A stretch of DNA of 35,503 nt from a virus (Duplodnaviria > Heunggongvirae > Uroviricota > Caudoviricetes): IMG/VR virus record IMGVR_UViG_2896595138_000012, one strand, 5' to 3'. The translations under genes were made by a program, and so were the position numbers. Under the pieces are notes generated by a model. The model saw only the letters and a list, made by a program, of their open reading frames with translations. It was not told the DNA's origin and made no database searches. Positions 1 to 8,582 of this stretch are shown one piece after another (position 1 is the stretch's first letter; the number at the start of each line of letters is the position of its first letter).

Positions 1-1002
1 TTACCCTCTATTGTCAAAAGGGTTCAATTCAACAGCAGCCTCTAAATGACCTGGAGCAAAATGCGCATAACGCATAGTCATTTTTATATCGCTATGCCCC
101 AGTATTTTTTGCAACACAAGAATATTTCCGCCCCGCATCATAAAATGACTGGCAAACGTGTGACGTAGCACATGAGTTAATTGCCCATCAGGAAGCTCGA
201 TCTTCGCTCTCTTAATTGCAGCGTCAAAAGCCTCATAACATGGTGAAAATAGCGCTCCTCGTTTTTTAGGAAGCATAGCCTGCAATTGAGGTGAAATCGG
301 TACAGTGCGGTTCTTCTTTCCTTTAGTTTTAACAAATGTGATTCGACCGGGCAGTACTTGAGATTGCTTTAATCCTTCTGCTTCACTCCACCGAGCACCA
401 GTCGCAAGCCCAATACGGACAACAACCCCCAAATCTTTATTCCGTGACTCATCACACGCAATCAGAAGGCGTTCAATCTCATCTACATACAGAAACGCCA
501 GTTCCTTTTCTTCCTCACGAAACTTGCGAATACCAGTCAGGGGGTTTTCACCAGACCACTCCCCAAGGCGCTTCAGTTCGGCAAAAACAGCATGTAGATA
601 TGACTGCTCGCGATTAACGGTTGCTTCACTAAGTTTTTTCTTCCCCTTGGGATTCCATTCTCCTGATAGCCTTCTTTCCCGATAAGTAGCAAACATATTT
701 TTGTCAAACTGAGAAGCAAATGGATCTCCCAGCCTGGAACAAATCGCCTCAAGTTTGACTTTGCGCTCTGCACCAGAGGACAAGGTTTTACCGTACATAT
801 CAAACCAACGAGCAATCAACTCAGAAAGACGAGGACCAGAACCATCTTGAAACTCGTCTCCAACTCTACTATTCATTAAACGGCGCTCATAAGAGAGCGC
901 CTCACTTTTTGTCGCAAACTGTTTACGAATGCGTTTTCCCGATGCCCCGTAGGGATAACATTCGCAAAGCCATTTACCTGATGGAATCTTACGAACCGAC
1001 AT
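1..1002 (-). CDS. int: Tyrosine site-specific integrase (P2-like phage integrase)
   Basis: 333-aa ORF; C-terminal catalytic region HVLRHTFASHF ... MTMRYAHFAP typical of tyrosine recombinases; stop codon at positions 1-3 so attL lies outside the window. Confidence 0.9.
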   Translation of the reverse strand: MSVRKIPSGKWLCECYPYGASGKRIRKQFATKSEALSYERRLMNSRVGDEFQDGSGPRLSELIARWFDMYGKTLSSGAERKVKLEAICSRLGDPFASQFDKNMFATYRERRLSGEWNPKGKKKLSEATVNREQSYLHAVFAELKRLGEWSGENPLTGIRKFREEEKELAFLYVDEIERLLIACDESRNKDLGVVVRIGLATGARWSEAEGLKQSQVLPGRITFVKTKGKKNRTVPISPQLQAMLPKKRGALFSPCYEAFDAAIKRAKIELPDGQLTHVLRHTFASHFMMRGGNILVLQKILGHSDIKMTMRYAHFAPGHLEAAVELNPFDNRG

Positions 1003-1007
1003 TTTAG

Positions 1008-1355
1008 TTACTTATCACATAAATCAAATGCAGCCTTAGTGACATCCCCCAGACTCTTTTTTAACCCTGGGGCGGCATCATTATCTAGCCAAAATGGATT
1101 ATTGTTATCTAACGGTAACGCACCAAATGTTTTACCTTTTATTCGAGCCAAACCTGTAAGCGCATATAACTTATTATCGTCAAAATTCATCACATAAGGA
1201 TTACCATCAAGACACTGTAATTGAACCTCATCAGTATTAAATGGCCATACCCCATTGAAACTCTCACGTTCAATAGTTTTAAAAGGCATTGCGACGGCGG
1301 AAAAAGAAAACATAGATAAAAAAGTAACTAATAGTTGAACCTTTTTTACTTTCAT
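1008..1355 (-). CDS. Secreted small protein, YebY/DUF2511-like
   Basis: 115 aa; N-terminal signal peptide MKVKKVQLLVTFLSMFSFSAVA; two Cys; motif W-x-FN-x-DEV-x-L-x-C-x-GN-x-YV and C-terminal LC resemble the E. coli YebY family (recalled, not searched). Confidence 0.55.
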   Translation of the reverse strand: MKVKKVQLLVTFLSMFSFSAVAMPFKTIERESFNGVWPFNTDEVQLQCLDGNPYVMNFDDNKLYALTGLARIKGKTFGALPLDNNNPFWLDNDAAPGLKKSLGDVTKAAFDLCDK

Positions 1356-1384
1356 ATCATTACCTCAATTTAGCTCAAGTAAGA

Positions 1385-2032
1385 TTACAAATTAAAAAAC
1401 ACCCTAGAAATGGCGCCGCCTACCAAAACCCCTACGCAGATAAAGAATATTATTTCTTTTGGATAAAGTCGGAGTAATTCTGAAGCACGAAGTCGGACTT
1501 CTGGTAAGGTCGAACTCTCTGTGTGGCTTGATGCCGATTGTTGCTCTAACCACGACAATGCAGACTGTAACTGAGAACGAGTAAGATCGTTTAAACGTCC
1601 TGTACCGAAATTGATATGGCAATACCGCAGAAGTTTTTGTCGAAGTCCACAGTCTTCACTGTTACGTAGTAATAAACTTACAAGAGTCTTACAGGCATCA
1701 TGATCTTTACATCGCTCAAGCATTGCATGCAGAAAACTCTCCGCTGTTTTATATTGATTTACTGTCATATCATCAATACCAGCTACACCAATCTCCGCAT
1801 GTACTTTTTGCCAAATAATAAACGCTTCAGTATTGCTAGCTTCTGCAATAGCAGCAACCAAGCTATTTAGCTCCTTACGCTGAGCCTTAAGCAAAGGGCG
1901 ATCATCATCATTATTCGAAGGGATTGCGATATTGACGGTATGAGAACCATCATATCGCTCTATCTGAATATTCTTTTCGTGAAAATCACGCCCAGCAACG
2001 CGATTGTTTGAACCGTTTGAGTTGACGGCCAT
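1385..2032 (-). CDS. Hypothetical protein with C-terminal transmembrane anchor
   Basis: 215 aa; GGAGG Shine-Dalgarno 5 nt upstream of ATG; hydrophobic C-terminal segment IIFFICVGVLVGGAISRVFF; N-terminus carries NNRVAGRDF motif shared with the two adjacent HTH proteins. Confidence 0.6.
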   Translation of the reverse strand: MAVNSNGSNNRVAGRDFHEKNIQIERYDGSHTVNIAIPSNNDDDRPLLKAQRKELNSLVAAIAEASNTEAFIIWQKVHAEIGVAGIDDMTVNQYKTAESFLHAMLERCKDHDACKTLVSLLLRNSEDCGLRQKLLRYCHINFGTGRLNDLTRSQLQSALSWLEQQSASSHTESSTLPEVRLRASELLRLYPKEIIFFICVGVLVGGAISRVFFNL

Positions 2033-2047
2033 GTCACCTCCCTACTA

Positions 2048-2452
2048 TCACCTACCCTTAGTTTCGTTATAGTCACAACCAGCGATACGGTTATTACCGC
2101 CAGAAATATTTAACTCACGTCCTGATGGCTGAGTTTCCTTTTCACTGATCGCACCTTTTAAAGCCCCGATCACCGCGTTTTTCACATCTAACGAAGCTGC
2201 TCGAAAGCGAGTAATCAACTCCTGCTCATCATCGTTATAAGTTTCAGATGAGTGAATTCCCAACACAACATACTGAACATCAAGGCCAAAACGAGACAGC
2301 GCTGCCAAATACGCAGCATCAGGAAAACTATCTCCTTTCTCATATCTAAGCTGAGTTAGCTTTTTGACTCCGCCAATGTCGCTCATAGCAACTTGACTAA
2401 GTCCCAACCTTTCCCTTTCCTCACGCAACCGCTGACCAATATCACTTTTCAT
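2048..2452 (-). CDS. XRE-family helix-turn-helix transcriptional regulator
   Basis: 134 aa; N-terminal HTH (RLREERERLGLSQVAMSDIGGVKKLTQLRYEKG); C-terminal tail NNRIAGCDYNETKGR; paralog of the next gene. Confidence 0.8.
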   Translation of the reverse strand: MKSDIGQRLREERERLGLSQVAMSDIGGVKKLTQLRYEKGDSFPDAAYLAALSRFGLDVQYVVLGIHSSETYNDDEQELITRFRAASLDVKNAVIGALKGAISEKETQPSGRELNISGGNNRIAGCDYNETKGR

Positions 2453-2478
2453 ACAAAAACCTTGACAGGTATCTTTCG

Positions 2479-2904
2479 CTAACCCTTCGTTTCATTATAG
2501 TCACGACCTGCAATACGATGGCCTTTACCTGATACGTTTACCGTATTTGATGCAGAACTACCCGCAGTCAGGGCAGCAAGAGCTGCAGCCTTTACGGCAA
2601 GCGGAGCATTTCTAAAATGCTTGATAATTTCCATCTCATCACGGTTTAGAGCACCCCCGACAGCCTCACCAGTTAGTATGTATTGGACGTTAGCCCCATT
2701 AAGCGCAAATGAGAGCAAAACATCTCCCCCAGGTACCATAGTTCCCCGTTCGTACTTCCCCCAAGATTCTCGCGATACGCCGCAAAGAGCAGCAGCATCA
2801 GCCTGTTTGAGAGATAAACGCTTTCTCTCAGCCTTCAGTCTCGCACCACAAAGAGATGAAAAATTCACTTTTATACCTTGACTAAAGAGATCTATTGATC
2901 TCAT
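2479..2904 (-). CDS. XRE-family HTH regulator, candidate immunity repressor (P2 C / 186 CI position)
   Basis: 141 aa; HTH (ARLKAERKRLSLKQADAAALCGVSRESWGKYERG); first leftward gene at the divergent/face-to-face switch with the early operon; C-terminal tail GHRIAGRDYNETKG. Confidence 0.7.
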   Translation of the reverse strand: MRSIDLFSQGIKVNFSSLCGARLKAERKRLSLKQADAAALCGVSRESWGKYERGTMVPGGDVLLSFALNGANVQYILTGEAVGGALNRDEMEIIKHFRNAPLAVKAAALAALTAGSSASNTVNVSGKGHRIAGRDYNETKG

Positions 2905-2944
2905 AATTAATTAACAAACCATTAGATGATCACAATATACCACT
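2905..2944. promoter_or_regulatory. Lysis-lysogeny switch region between repressor-like gene and early operon
   Basis: Only 40 bp, AT-rich, separate the starts of the leftward repressor-like gene and the rightward early genes; in P2/186-type phages the opposing promoters overlap the gene starts; no operator was identified. Confidence 0.3.
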
Positions 2945-3151
2945 ATGAAACAAGTTCTTCACGATACCAGATCACGCATTCCGCGTAACACCGCCGCAGG
3001 TCCAAGACTGGCACTTCGGCTGTCCATCGAGGAGCGAGCCGTCATTGATGAAATGGCAGCTAAAGAACAACGCTCATCCTCTAACATGGCGCGCATGATC
3101 TTCCTTCGCGGCCTAGAGCTAACCCAGAAAGAACAAAACAAATCTTCCTGA
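2945..3151 (+). CDS. Small early regulatory protein (possible ribbon-helix-helix DNA binder)
   Basis: 68 aa; first gene of rightward early operon; segment RLSIEERAVIDEMAAKEQRSSSNMARMIFLRG is RHH-like; weak RBS. Confidence 0.45.
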   Translation: MKQVLHDTRSRIPRNTAAGPRLALRLSIEERAVIDEMAAKEQRSSSNMARMIFLRGLELTQKEQNKSS

Positions 3152-3167
3152 TCAGGAGGCTAGTGGG

Positions 3168-3371
3168 ATGTCAGGTATAACCATCAATATCAATGTGAAT
3201 GCCCCCTATGTATCCCTGCAGAAATATGCAGAGATAACAGGTATCCCTCTTAATACATGCAAAAAGATGTTGGCTGACGGTCGAATTATTATCCGCCCCA
3301 AACGTGCCAAAATGGAAAAGCCTGAAGTAAACCTTGTGGCGATGTTAAAAGACGCTTTGGCTAACAGCTAA
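3168..3371 (+). CDS. Cox-like excisionase/early regulator
   Basis: 67 aa; AGGAGG RBS; PYVSLQKYAEITGIPLNTCKKMLADGRI resembles P2 Cox N-terminal HTH (PYQEFAKLIGKSTGAVRRMIDKGKL, recalled). Confidence 0.5.
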   Translation: MSGITININVNAPYVSLQKYAEITGIPLNTCKKMLADGRIIIRPKRAKMEKPEVNLVAMLKDALANS

Positions 3372-3392
3372 AACAATGAACAGAGCATCATC

Positions 3393-3743
3393 ATGAAAAA
3401 AAACGCTAATAATCCATACTCCAAATTTCGTAATGGCGTAGAACGCCATGTACACCACGTTGCTACCAGTGCATCACGTAGCAACATCCGCTACAGCCTG
3501 AGCGATACACACGCAACGCCGGATGGCTACCCCGTAAAACAAATCGGCGAGCACGCCTGGCTGATTGAGAAAGCTGGAATCGTAGTCCACAAATACCCAC
3601 GCAATCCGTTTACCGGAAACCGCATTTTTGCTCTGAGCTGCGGCGACAATCAGTTCGGGCAGGATTTCACGTTGTACGAAGCGCTACGCACAGTTGATCG
3701 CCTTCTTTACGGAGAAAATTTTATTAAACAGGCTGAGTTATAA
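3393..3743 (+). CDS. Hypothetical early protein
   Basis: 116-aa ORF in early operon, protein-like composition. Confidence 0.55.
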   Translation: MKKNANNPYSKFRNGVERHVHHVATSASRSNIRYSLSDTHATPDGYPVKQIGEHAWLIEKAGIVVHKYPRNPFTGNRIFALSCGDNQFGQDFTLYEALRTVDRLLYGENFIKQAEL

Positions 3744-3784
3744 CAGCGGGTTTATCACCGGTTATTTTTAACGAGGACTCCGTT

Positions 3785-4027
3785 ATGAGAAAACACACAG
3801 CAGAACAGGTAAACGAATTTCTGCAGGGATATTACTTCGATAACGAAATTAATCCCCGCGCCAGAAAAACACACTTCGAAGTAATGAAGTGCGGAATATT
3901 CAGCGTCCGCAACACCCTGTTTTGTTCAAAAGATACGGGAGCCAGCGAGGACCTTAAAGAACTTAACCGGATGGCGAAACAATTAATGGATGGCATGGTT
4001 CCCGAACCCGCAATAATTACGGAGTAA
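3785..4027 (+). CDS. Hypothetical early protein
   Basis: 80-aa ORF with GAGGA RBS. Confidence 0.55.
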   Translation: MRKHTAEQVNEFLQGYYFDNEINPRARKTHFEVMKCGIFSVRNTLFCSKDTGASEDLKELNRMAKQLMDGMVPEPAIITE

Positions 4028-4032
4028 TCACG

Positions 4033-4218
4033 ATGAATTTCAGTTATTCATTCAGTGTACCGGAGTCGTTATTTGTTATCACACTGATTGCAGCCGCAAT
4101 GTTTTTTGCCATCTGCATACTGACACTTATTGATACATGGCGGGAAATACGCGACAGACGTCGCCAGAAAAAAAACGGGATGCATACAACGCATTCATTC
4201 AGCACAAAGAAGACGTAG
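4033..4218 (+). CDS. Small single-pass membrane protein
   Basis: 61 aa; GGAG RBS; hydrophobic helix VITLIAAAMFFAICILTLI followed by basic tail. Confidence 0.45.
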   Translation: MNFSYSFSVPESLFVITLIAAAMFFAICILTLIDTWREIRDRRRQKKNGMHTTHSFSTKKT

Positions 4219-4315
4219 AGCGTAAAGCACGCCGCCGTCTTTAGTTAATTAACCGGTTTCGTTAATACACCGCTCACGCGGCGGGATTCGCACAATCTGA
4301 ATAAGGGAAATAAAA

Positions 4316-4738
4316 ATGATTAATCCGACACTCACCCTCAAAGATAAAGCCCTTGCGGGCGCAATGTTTTTACGCAACTACGCCGCAATGATGGCTGACA
4401 CTGACAACCCGATTATGGTGCTGTCAGTGGAGCCTCACCTTATCGCCGCAGACGCAATTGAACAGGTGGTACAGGAAAACACCTGTCTGAGAAATCAGCT
4501 TGCCACCCTTCAGACAGCAGCTGACCCGGCAAAGGAAAGTGCTGAACACACCTGCCACACCACATTCATCAAAGGGACCCGCGTATGTCTGAAAAACAGT
4601 CCGCAGCAACGCGGAACGGTCGTTGACACCCGCACCAGTAGCCCCGCCATTGACCGGGTTTTCGTCCGTTTCGATTCCCCCTTCGAGGAAGACCGCCGGG
4701 TAAAGACCAGAAACCTGGAAATAACCCCCGACAAATGA
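4316..4738 (+). CDS. Hypothetical early protein
   Basis: 140-aa ORF; stop overlaps next start. Confidence 0.6.
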   Translation: MINPTLTLKDKALAGAMFLRNYAAMMADTDNPIMVLSVEPHLIAADAIEQVVQENTCLRNQLATLQTAADPAKESAEHTCHTTFIKGTRVCLKNSPQQRGTVVDTRTSSPAIDRVFVRFDSPFEEDRRVKTRNLEITPDK

Positions 4739-4992
4739 AGCTGATTATCCCTGCGCGACACCGCAAAAACCGGATGAAGCCAGGGGGAAAGCCGGAGCGG
4801 GCAGCAAGGGCGGCATACCGTCGCCTGCTGAAGGGGGACCGGTCACACGTGCGACGGCTGGAGCGGGTACCGCCCGCCCGCGTCATCAACGTCATGTACC
4901 GTTACCGGCTGTTAAGTCTGGACGAAGGCCGGACATGGGTACTGCTTAACCATAACGAATACGTGAAGAGGATAAGACGATGTTACAGATGA
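4735..4992 (+). CDS. Hypothetical basic protein
   Basis: 85 aa, arginine-rich; start overlaps upstream stop (operon coupling). Confidence 0.5.
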   Translation: MKLIIPARHRKNRMKPGGKPERAARAAYRRLLKGDRSHVRRLERVPPARVINVMYRYRLLSLDEGRTWVLLNHNEYVKRIRRCYR

Positions 4993-5510
4993 AATTTAAG
5001 CCCTGCTTTATTGACGCATTCCGCAACGGACGCAAGACCACATCCCTTCGCCCGACGGGGTTTGATTGCTACCAGGCGGGCCAGGAGTCAGCAGAATATT
5101 TTCATGAAGACACCCTGACCCGCAACATCGTTCTTCCCGATTACAGCGCCGGCGGTACCCTGGTTTTTGAGGAGGGAACCACATTTACCCGCGCATCAGA
5201 CTTTGCCGGACTCCTGAAAAGACAGCCCTACCGACAGTATGACAACATTCATCTGGTCACAGAAAACAAGAACGGCGAAACCGTGCCGTTCGCCGTGGCC
5301 TTCATTGCCGATATCGGTGTAATACAGGGCCGCCAGATAACCGATGAAGTGGCCGTCAGGGACGGCTTTAACCCTGAAAACCATCCCCGCGACGAACTCT
5401 TTGCATTCATGCGGGACACCTGCCACATAGAAAACCCCAAAAACGAAACCTACTGGCGGTACACCTTCACCCACATCGTGATGTTGTCGCAGTGGAGGGC
5501 TGACGCATGA
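4980..5510 (+). CDS. ASCH-like (PUA-fold) domain protein
   Basis: 176 aa; N-terminal F-x3-F-x2-NGRKTTSLRP pattern resembles ASCH domain start (recalled). Confidence 0.45.
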   Translation: MLQMKFKPCFIDAFRNGRKTTSLRPTGFDCYQAGQESAEYFHEDTLTRNIVLPDYSAGGTLVFEEGTTFTRASDFAGLLKRQPYRQYDNIHLVTENKNGETVPFAVAFIADIGVIQGRQITDEVAVRDGFNPENHPRDELFAFMRDTCHIENPKNETYWRYTFTHIVMLSQWRADA

Positions 5511-5746
5511 AACCCGCCATTATCTGCATTCTGTGCGAGAGCACTGTCACCGGCGGCCATTACCGCATCAGGGAACGCCACATCAACCCTGACCGTTCGC
5601 TGCTGGACAACATCACCGGCCCGAATGATGAACGCGTGATCTGCCTGAACGACGGCTCGCAGTTACGCGTGCGCAATATCCGGCGCGAAATCACGCTCGA
5701 ACCCACCCCATTCACACGCGGGAAAAAACCGGAGAGTGACGCATGA
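5507..5746 (+). CDS. Hypothetical protein
   Basis: 79-aa ORF with overlapping start/stop coupling to neighbours. Confidence 0.5.
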   Translation: MKPAIICILCESTVTGGHYRIRERHINPDRSLLDNITGPNDERVICLNDGSQLRVRNIRREITLEPTPFTRGKKPESDA

Positions 5747-6702
5747 AAGGTATTCTGAACCAGCGCTCACCGCTCAAATGGGCGGGCGGCAAATTCAGTA
5801 TCATGCCGCAGCTGCGCGAATATTTACCCAAAGCCGCCTGCCTGATCGAACCCTTCGTGGGCGGCGGCTCGGTCTTCATGAACACGGATTATGACTATTA
5901 CGTATTGTGTGACAGCAACCCCGCGCTGATTAATTTCTACCAGCAACTGACGACCAACACCACGGAATTAATGGATCGTGCATGGTCACTCTTTAAGGAT
6001 GGCGGCACACCGGAAGCCTACAAACGCCATCGCGGAGCATTTAACACCATCGCGCTGGCCACCGACAGATTACGCGGAGAATCCCTGGAATGGGCAGCGC
6101 TGTTTCTGTACCTGAACCGCCATTGCTTTAACGGCCTGTACCGCACCAACCAAAAAGGCGAATTCAATGTGCCATTCGGCAAACACCGCATGCCTTATTT
6201 CCCCTGCCAGGAAATGCGCCTGTTTGCTGATAAAGCCAACGAGACCCGGACCCGCTTTATTCACGCGGATTTCCGTACAGCCTTCACAATGCCGGCTGAG
6301 ATCCACCGTTTTTCTTCGGTGCACGGCGATATCGCCATTTACTGCGATCCGCCCTACCTGCCACCGAACGGTAAAGAGGCGTTCACTCACTACAACGGCC
6401 GGGCATTTACCCGCAAAGACCACCGTGACCTTGCGGCGCTCATGATGAACGCCTGGCAACGTTACGGTATCCACCCGGTGGTCTCCAACAGTGACACCTC
6501 CGAAACCCGGCAGATCTATTCCTCGTTTGAGCTGCACACCCTGAGCGTTCGCCGCGCTGTGGCTGCCAGCAGCAGTGCACGCCAGCAGGCAAAAGAGGTG
6601 ATTGGTGTTTATCCGCCAGCCCGTGAGGTCCGGATCCGGGATGTCAATGCGGGCTGGCTGTCTCACATTCCCGCTCCACACCCCACCACGGAGATCATGT
6701 AA
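5743..6702 (+). CDS. dam: DNA adenine (N6) methyltransferase, Dam family
   Basis: 319 aa; N-terminal LKWAGGK and catalytic DPPY (IYCDPPYLPP) motifs, strong resemblance to E. coli Dam N-terminus. Confidence 0.9.
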   Translation: MKGILNQRSPLKWAGGKFSIMPQLREYLPKAACLIEPFVGGGSVFMNTDYDYYVLCDSNPALINFYQQLTTNTTELMDRAWSLFKDGGTPEAYKRHRGAFNTIALATDRLRGESLEWAALFLYLNRHCFNGLYRTNQKGEFNVPFGKHRMPYFPCQEMRLFADKANETRTRFIHADFRTAFTMPAEIHRFSSVHGDIAIYCDPPYLPPNGKEAFTHYNGRAFTRKDHRDLAALMMNAWQRYGIHPVVSNSDTSETRQIYSSFELHTLSVRRAVAASSSARQQAKEVIGVYPPAREVRIRDVNAGWLSHIPAPHPTTEIM

Positions 6703-7013
6703 TGGCCATTATCTATATCGCCGGCCCCATGACGGGGAAGCCTGATTTCAACCGCACCGCCTTCACCATGACGGCGACCCGCCTGAGGATGCAGGGTCAT
6801 ACCGTACTCAACCCCGCAACACTCCCTGACGGGCTGAGATACAGGGACTACATGCTTATCGGGAGCGCCATGCTGCACTGTGCCGATGTGATTTACCTGC
6901 TGGATGGCTGGGAGGACTCGCCGGGGGCAAAAGAGGAACACGCCACCGCCCTGAAACTGAATCTGATCATCTCCACACCAGAAAGCCGTAAGGAGGCCAA
7001 ATCATGTTTCTGA
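6702..7013 (+). CDS. DUF4406 / nucleoside 2-deoxyribosyltransferase-like protein
   Basis: 103 aa; N-terminal IYIAGPMTG and later DVIYLLDGWEDSPGAKEE motif typical of this fold (recalled); start overlaps dam stop. Confidence 0.55.
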   Translation: MAIIYIAGPMTGKPDFNRTAFTMTATRLRMQGHTVLNPATLPDGLRYRDYMLIGSAMLHCADVIYLLDGWEDSPGAKEEHATALKLNLIISTPESRKEAKSCF

Positions 7014-7558
7014 AACCAATGGGGGGACCAGGTAAAGCACCGAAGCACGTCAGTGCCTGGACACAACAGGAAGACGAACTGCTTATCTCGCTTTATCAGG
7101 ATCACAGCACATGGCAAATGGCTGAACGACTTCAGCGAACCCGCAGCGCAGTGATGCACCGGATTCTTTTTTTACGTAATCGCGGGTTGATTGGTCGCAA
7201 GAGAAAAGCACCGCTGAGTGCAGAAGCCATCGCCTTTCTCACCAAAAACCGTCACGCAAAAACCGCACGGGAACTGGCCCGGAAGGCGGGATGCAGCGAG
7301 TGCACCGTGAGGTACACACTGCATAAACGGGGTTACAGCCTTAAGAAATGCGGCGAGAGCCACCATTGCACCAGATACAGCGATCGTCTGGCTGAGCTGG
7401 TTACGGAGCTACGCGACAGACGCAACATGACGTTCTGCATAATCGCGAAACACATCAACATCACGATGCAAATGCACATCAGCGATGATACGGCGTTTCA
7501 CCTCTACAACCGCCGGACCGCCGCCGACGCCCTGTTGTACGAACTGCTGCCGAACTGA
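7004..7558 (+). CDS. DNA-binding protein with Myb/SANT-like HTH repeats
   Basis: 184 aa; W-x-EDELL-x-W ... RNRG and further basic HTH-like segments. Confidence 0.5.
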   Translation: MFLKPMGGPGKAPKHVSAWTQQEDELLISLYQDHSTWQMAERLQRTRSAVMHRILFLRNRGLIGRKRKAPLSAEAIAFLTKNRHAKTARELARKAGCSECTVRYTLHKRGYSLKKCGESHHCTRYSDRLAELVTELRDRRNMTFCIIAKHINITMQMHISDDTAFHLYNRRTAADALLYELLPN

Positions 7559-7678
7559 GTGATCATCATGCACACACAAAAAAACCGCTTGCCATGTCGC
7601 AATCAGTCAGGTTACATTTCCGCTGCACCTCATAAAACGGGTGCCGGGATTGAGACCCCGCTGACAAACGTAGCGCAC

Positions 7679-7699
7679 AACCGCGCCAGCGGTTTTTTT
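7679..7699 (+). terminator. Rho-independent terminator-like hairpin
   Basis: AACCGC-GCCA-GCGGTT stem-loop followed by a T7 run, about 120 nt after the 184-aa gene. Confidence 0.45.
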
Positions 7700-7878
7700 G
7701 TGCGTACCGTATCGTCACACCTTTTTCGCATCAGAATTATGGTGGGGCGTACAGGGCCGACTTCGGTCGGGCCGGGTTCTGCGTTTGCCGGTAGTCTCAA
7801 CCCTGTACGTCTCACCACCCCGAGTTTGAGACCTCTGGATGGTGAGTTTTCAAAACTTACACACGTAGAGGCCACACC

Positions 7879-8106
7879 ATGGCAAACCGCAAACAACAGC
7901 GCGCATACGCTGCGCGTCGTCACATCCGGACTGAAATCAACCGCAGACTTTTCCGCGCCTTCCGCGTCGCGCATATCATGCACATCAATATGCTGCATGA
8001 GCGCAGTCACGCACTGTCAAACACCTATTCCGCCGCTGTTTTCAGCTATCTGGCGGATGATCTGCGCGGGCTGCGGGACCTCATTAACCAGCACTACCAC
8101 CACTAA
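7879..8106 (+). CDS. Hypothetical small basic protein
   Basis: 75 aa; AGAGG RBS 7 nt upstream of ATG; preferred over the overlapping 202-aa ORF, which has non-protein-like composition. Confidence 0.4.
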   Translation: MANRKQQRAYAARRHIRTEINRRLFRAFRVAHIMHINMLHERSHALSNTYSAAVFSYLADDLRGLRDLINQHYHH

Positions 8107-8163
8107 TCAACATCCCGCATCCATACGCGGGAGGCTTCCGCACGTCCGTTTCCGGAGGTTCTC

Positions 8164-8577
8164 ATGAAGAGCGTTAAGGGACTTTCAGATATTCAGGATT
8201 TTTTTAACTGGATGTGGGCGGTGGATCCACGCCTCGCTTCCCGTCTCAATGACCTGCACGACTATTACCGCCGCGCCTGTAAACAGGCCGCCAGCAGCGC
8301 CACCACATACGGTGAGTTTTCCTTCACCGTTGACGACCGTTACCGCGTGGACGTCAGAGACCAGAACAACAGCCTGGAGCTGGGCCTGTTCCACATCAAC
8401 GGACTCGACAGCAGTGTTATCAGCTGGTCATCGTCAGAAATGGTGCTCGTTCTGGAAATGACCACCCACAGCGTGGTCGTGAAAGGGATTAAAACGGCAG
8501 AAGACTTTATCGCTGAATACCAGCGTCTTCTTGTGCTGTACCGGGCTGCATTTCAGAAGGCAACAGCAGGGGAGTAA
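8164..8577 (+). CDS. Hypothetical protein upstream of replication gene (position of P2 B)
   Basis: 137 aa; GGAGG RBS 6 nt upstream. Confidence 0.55.
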   Translation: MKSVKGLSDIQDFFNWMWAVDPRLASRLNDLHDYYRRACKQAASSATTYGEFSFTVDDRYRVDVRDQNNSLELGLFHINGLDSSVISWSSSEMVLVLEMTTHSVVVKGIKTAEDFIAEYQRLLVLYRAAFQKATAGE

Positions 8578-8582
8578 GCGGA

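Noticed and set aside
1-60. tRNA or attL at the integrase end
   Set aside because: The integrase stop codon is at positions 1-3, so any tRNA-associated attachment site lies outside the window; no tRNA-like T-loop was seen anywhere in the window.
573-815. 80-aa ORF nested in another frame within the integrase gene
   Set aside because: Fully contained in the well-supported integrase coding sequence; an alternative-frame artefact, as are the other nested ORFs inside rep, dam, terminase and the transposase.
7559-8167. 202-aa ORF (GTG start) spanning the early-operon gap
   Set aside because: Translation is Ser/Thr/Arg/Pro-rich and non-protein-like, it has no RBS, and it overlaps a terminator hairpin and the better-supported 75-aa ORF at 7879-8106.
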